A stretch of 63,999 nt of DNA, filler included, from Basidiobolus ranarum (taxonomy: Eukaryota), in NCBI GenBank assembly GCA_040143965.1. It is 16 parts of 16 records of this genome, joined end to end, with 100 filler letters (N's around TTAATTAATTAA, not from the genome) between each part and the next. Parts side by side here need not be neighbours in the genome. Positions count along the whole stretch, not along the records: positions 60,244 to 63,999 come from JASJQH010002298.1; 15 more parts are not named here. The stretch is one strand, 5' to 3'. The notes beneath the pieces were generated by a model. The model worked only from the letters and a program-made list of their open reading frames with translations. It was not told the DNA's origin and ran no database searches. Below, piece after piece: positions 62,303 through 63,999 of the stretch. The number at the start of each line of letters is the position of its first letter. Positions within the stretch are counted from its first letter, which is position 1. The position numbers were made by a program, and so were the translations under genes.

Positions 62303-63999
62303 TAGAAGTGAGGTATGCTTCCAGGGCTTACAAGGATAATAAAGTCTGTATATGGGTAGCTCAGTATTTCATTCGACGCCAAAAACTCAAGAAATTGCCT
62401 TTATATAAGATAAGCATCGAAAGTCATCGGCAAGGTTGCTAAATGTAGACAAACCGGTCAATATAGATATTTCCACATATAAGGTAATTTTGCATCCAAT
62501 CATGGAACCGAATCTCAGATGCAACCAGTGATTGGCATTTTATAGAGTAGTATAAGGCCACATTTAGGTAAAGCCACCGTAGTTACTATGCGGGTGAAAG
62601 ACAACCCGCGAGGTAGAGGTGACGCAGTCGACACCGATTACCATTACATCGGCAACTGGCATTGTGAACATGGTATTCATGGGATCGCGGAAACCATAGA
62701 GAATAGAAATTGTTGACTTGATATCAACCATTGGTGATTTCGCCTAGGAGCTAACGCACCTGTACAGTGGACCGAGATCTCTGTTCTCAAATGCAGCAAA
62801 GCCATCCATAGCACAACCCGGAACATGAATATTGCCATCTCAAGAACTCTGACACCGACAGGTAACATACTATGTTTATCCTCATCGGCGCATTAACGAT
62901 TTCGATATAATATAATTGTCTGCCACTATTACATCATCGCACATGAGCTAACACTAAATCAACCACTATGATCGCATCGATCTTTTCTACCAATTAGTAT
63001 TACTAGGTGAAGTATCTGCTTATGTCAGCATTGGTCACCATCCAGTGGTGTTAGATATTAAGATAATCCTTGAAGCTGTGAAAAAACAACACATGCAAAA
63101 GGAAGGAGGGACAAATGTTAAACCAGAACGGGGCTTACAAGGCCTCAATAATGCAGCGATTATTTTACGAATATCAATTCTAGGTTTGCTCATATGAACT
63201 CTACTGTATGTCCCCCAACAGCCTCTTCTGTGTAACAGATCGAGGTCTGCAATGGCTCGCTAACTAATGATGGCAGTAATTAACGAACACATCCGGTACT
63301 CTGAATGTATTCCCACAGATACCTTTGAATCAAGATCCCTATGTTATTGGAGTGTATTTCAACCTACTTCAAATAAGAGGGCAGAATGAAAGTGCCGTGG
63401 AGGTGAGTTCTTGTGAGTATTTTTGAACTATCGGGAATATATCGTTGCAGTGTAGTAAATTATGCTAAAAAGAAGAAATGGTGGATATTGCGCACAACCC
63501 TCCCTACTTTCGTGGTATAGTCAGGTGAGAAGCCCATGGCCATAGTTTAATCTAGACTACAATCTATGCCACATCCGGTAGGATTATAGCAATCTATCAG
63601 AAAATAGTCACCACATCAAATACTAAACCTAATAACTTTCAAGTTGGAGAGGTGCAGCTAACAATCCTGCAATCCATTCACAAGCAATATTTTCATGACT
63701 CGATTCCTCGTTCAGGATTTTTGATTACACTGCAGCGAGTTCAAGATGGGAGCGTTTTTAATTTGCAGCTTGCCCAATCAGATAATCACAGCATATCTAT
63801 AAGAATCATATAATTAATCATGCAATGGCTCTTTTGTACAACATGTAACATTAGGTGTCAATCCAGTCGACTTACCATAAGTTGCTCTGATATAAGTGCT
63901 TTGACGATATATGAAATGGTAGTGGTTTTGCCGGTTCCAGGCATACCCAAAATTAATGCATAGTCCCTAGCTATCAACCATCATCGACTAGAATTAGAT

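Overview
AT-rich eukaryotic DNA, almost certainly fungal: short GT-AG introns, fungal-type PDX2, CTK1-like kinase, RPL6, TRR1, GNA1 and an Rrm4-like protein. An early-diverging (zygomycete-grade, e.g. Basidiobolus-like) origin is my inference only. The window is not contiguous. It is 16 separate ~3.9-kb contigs sorted by decreasing length (3927 down to 3904 bp, last one cut by the window) and joined by artificial 100-bp N44-TTAATTAATTAA-N44 spacers, so adjacency across spacers means nothing. Contents: housekeeping genes, a minus-strand tRNA cluster, many decayed Copia/LINE/CACTA/MITE remnants with a CpG-deamination signature, and two contigs (16.1-20.0 kb and 32.2-36.1 kb) that are diverged duplicates of each other. 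The best candidate for an undescribed system is an amplified, intronless family of secreted bacterial-type CHAP-domain proteins (putative peptidoglycan hydrolases): three tandem copies plus a divergent pseudogene, with a repeated upstream motif. Also notable are an intron-containing phytochrome with a very short N-terminus and large insertions, an Rrm4-like triple-MLLE protein, a bacterial-type CAP protein, and a GNA1 ending in a PTS1-like AKL.
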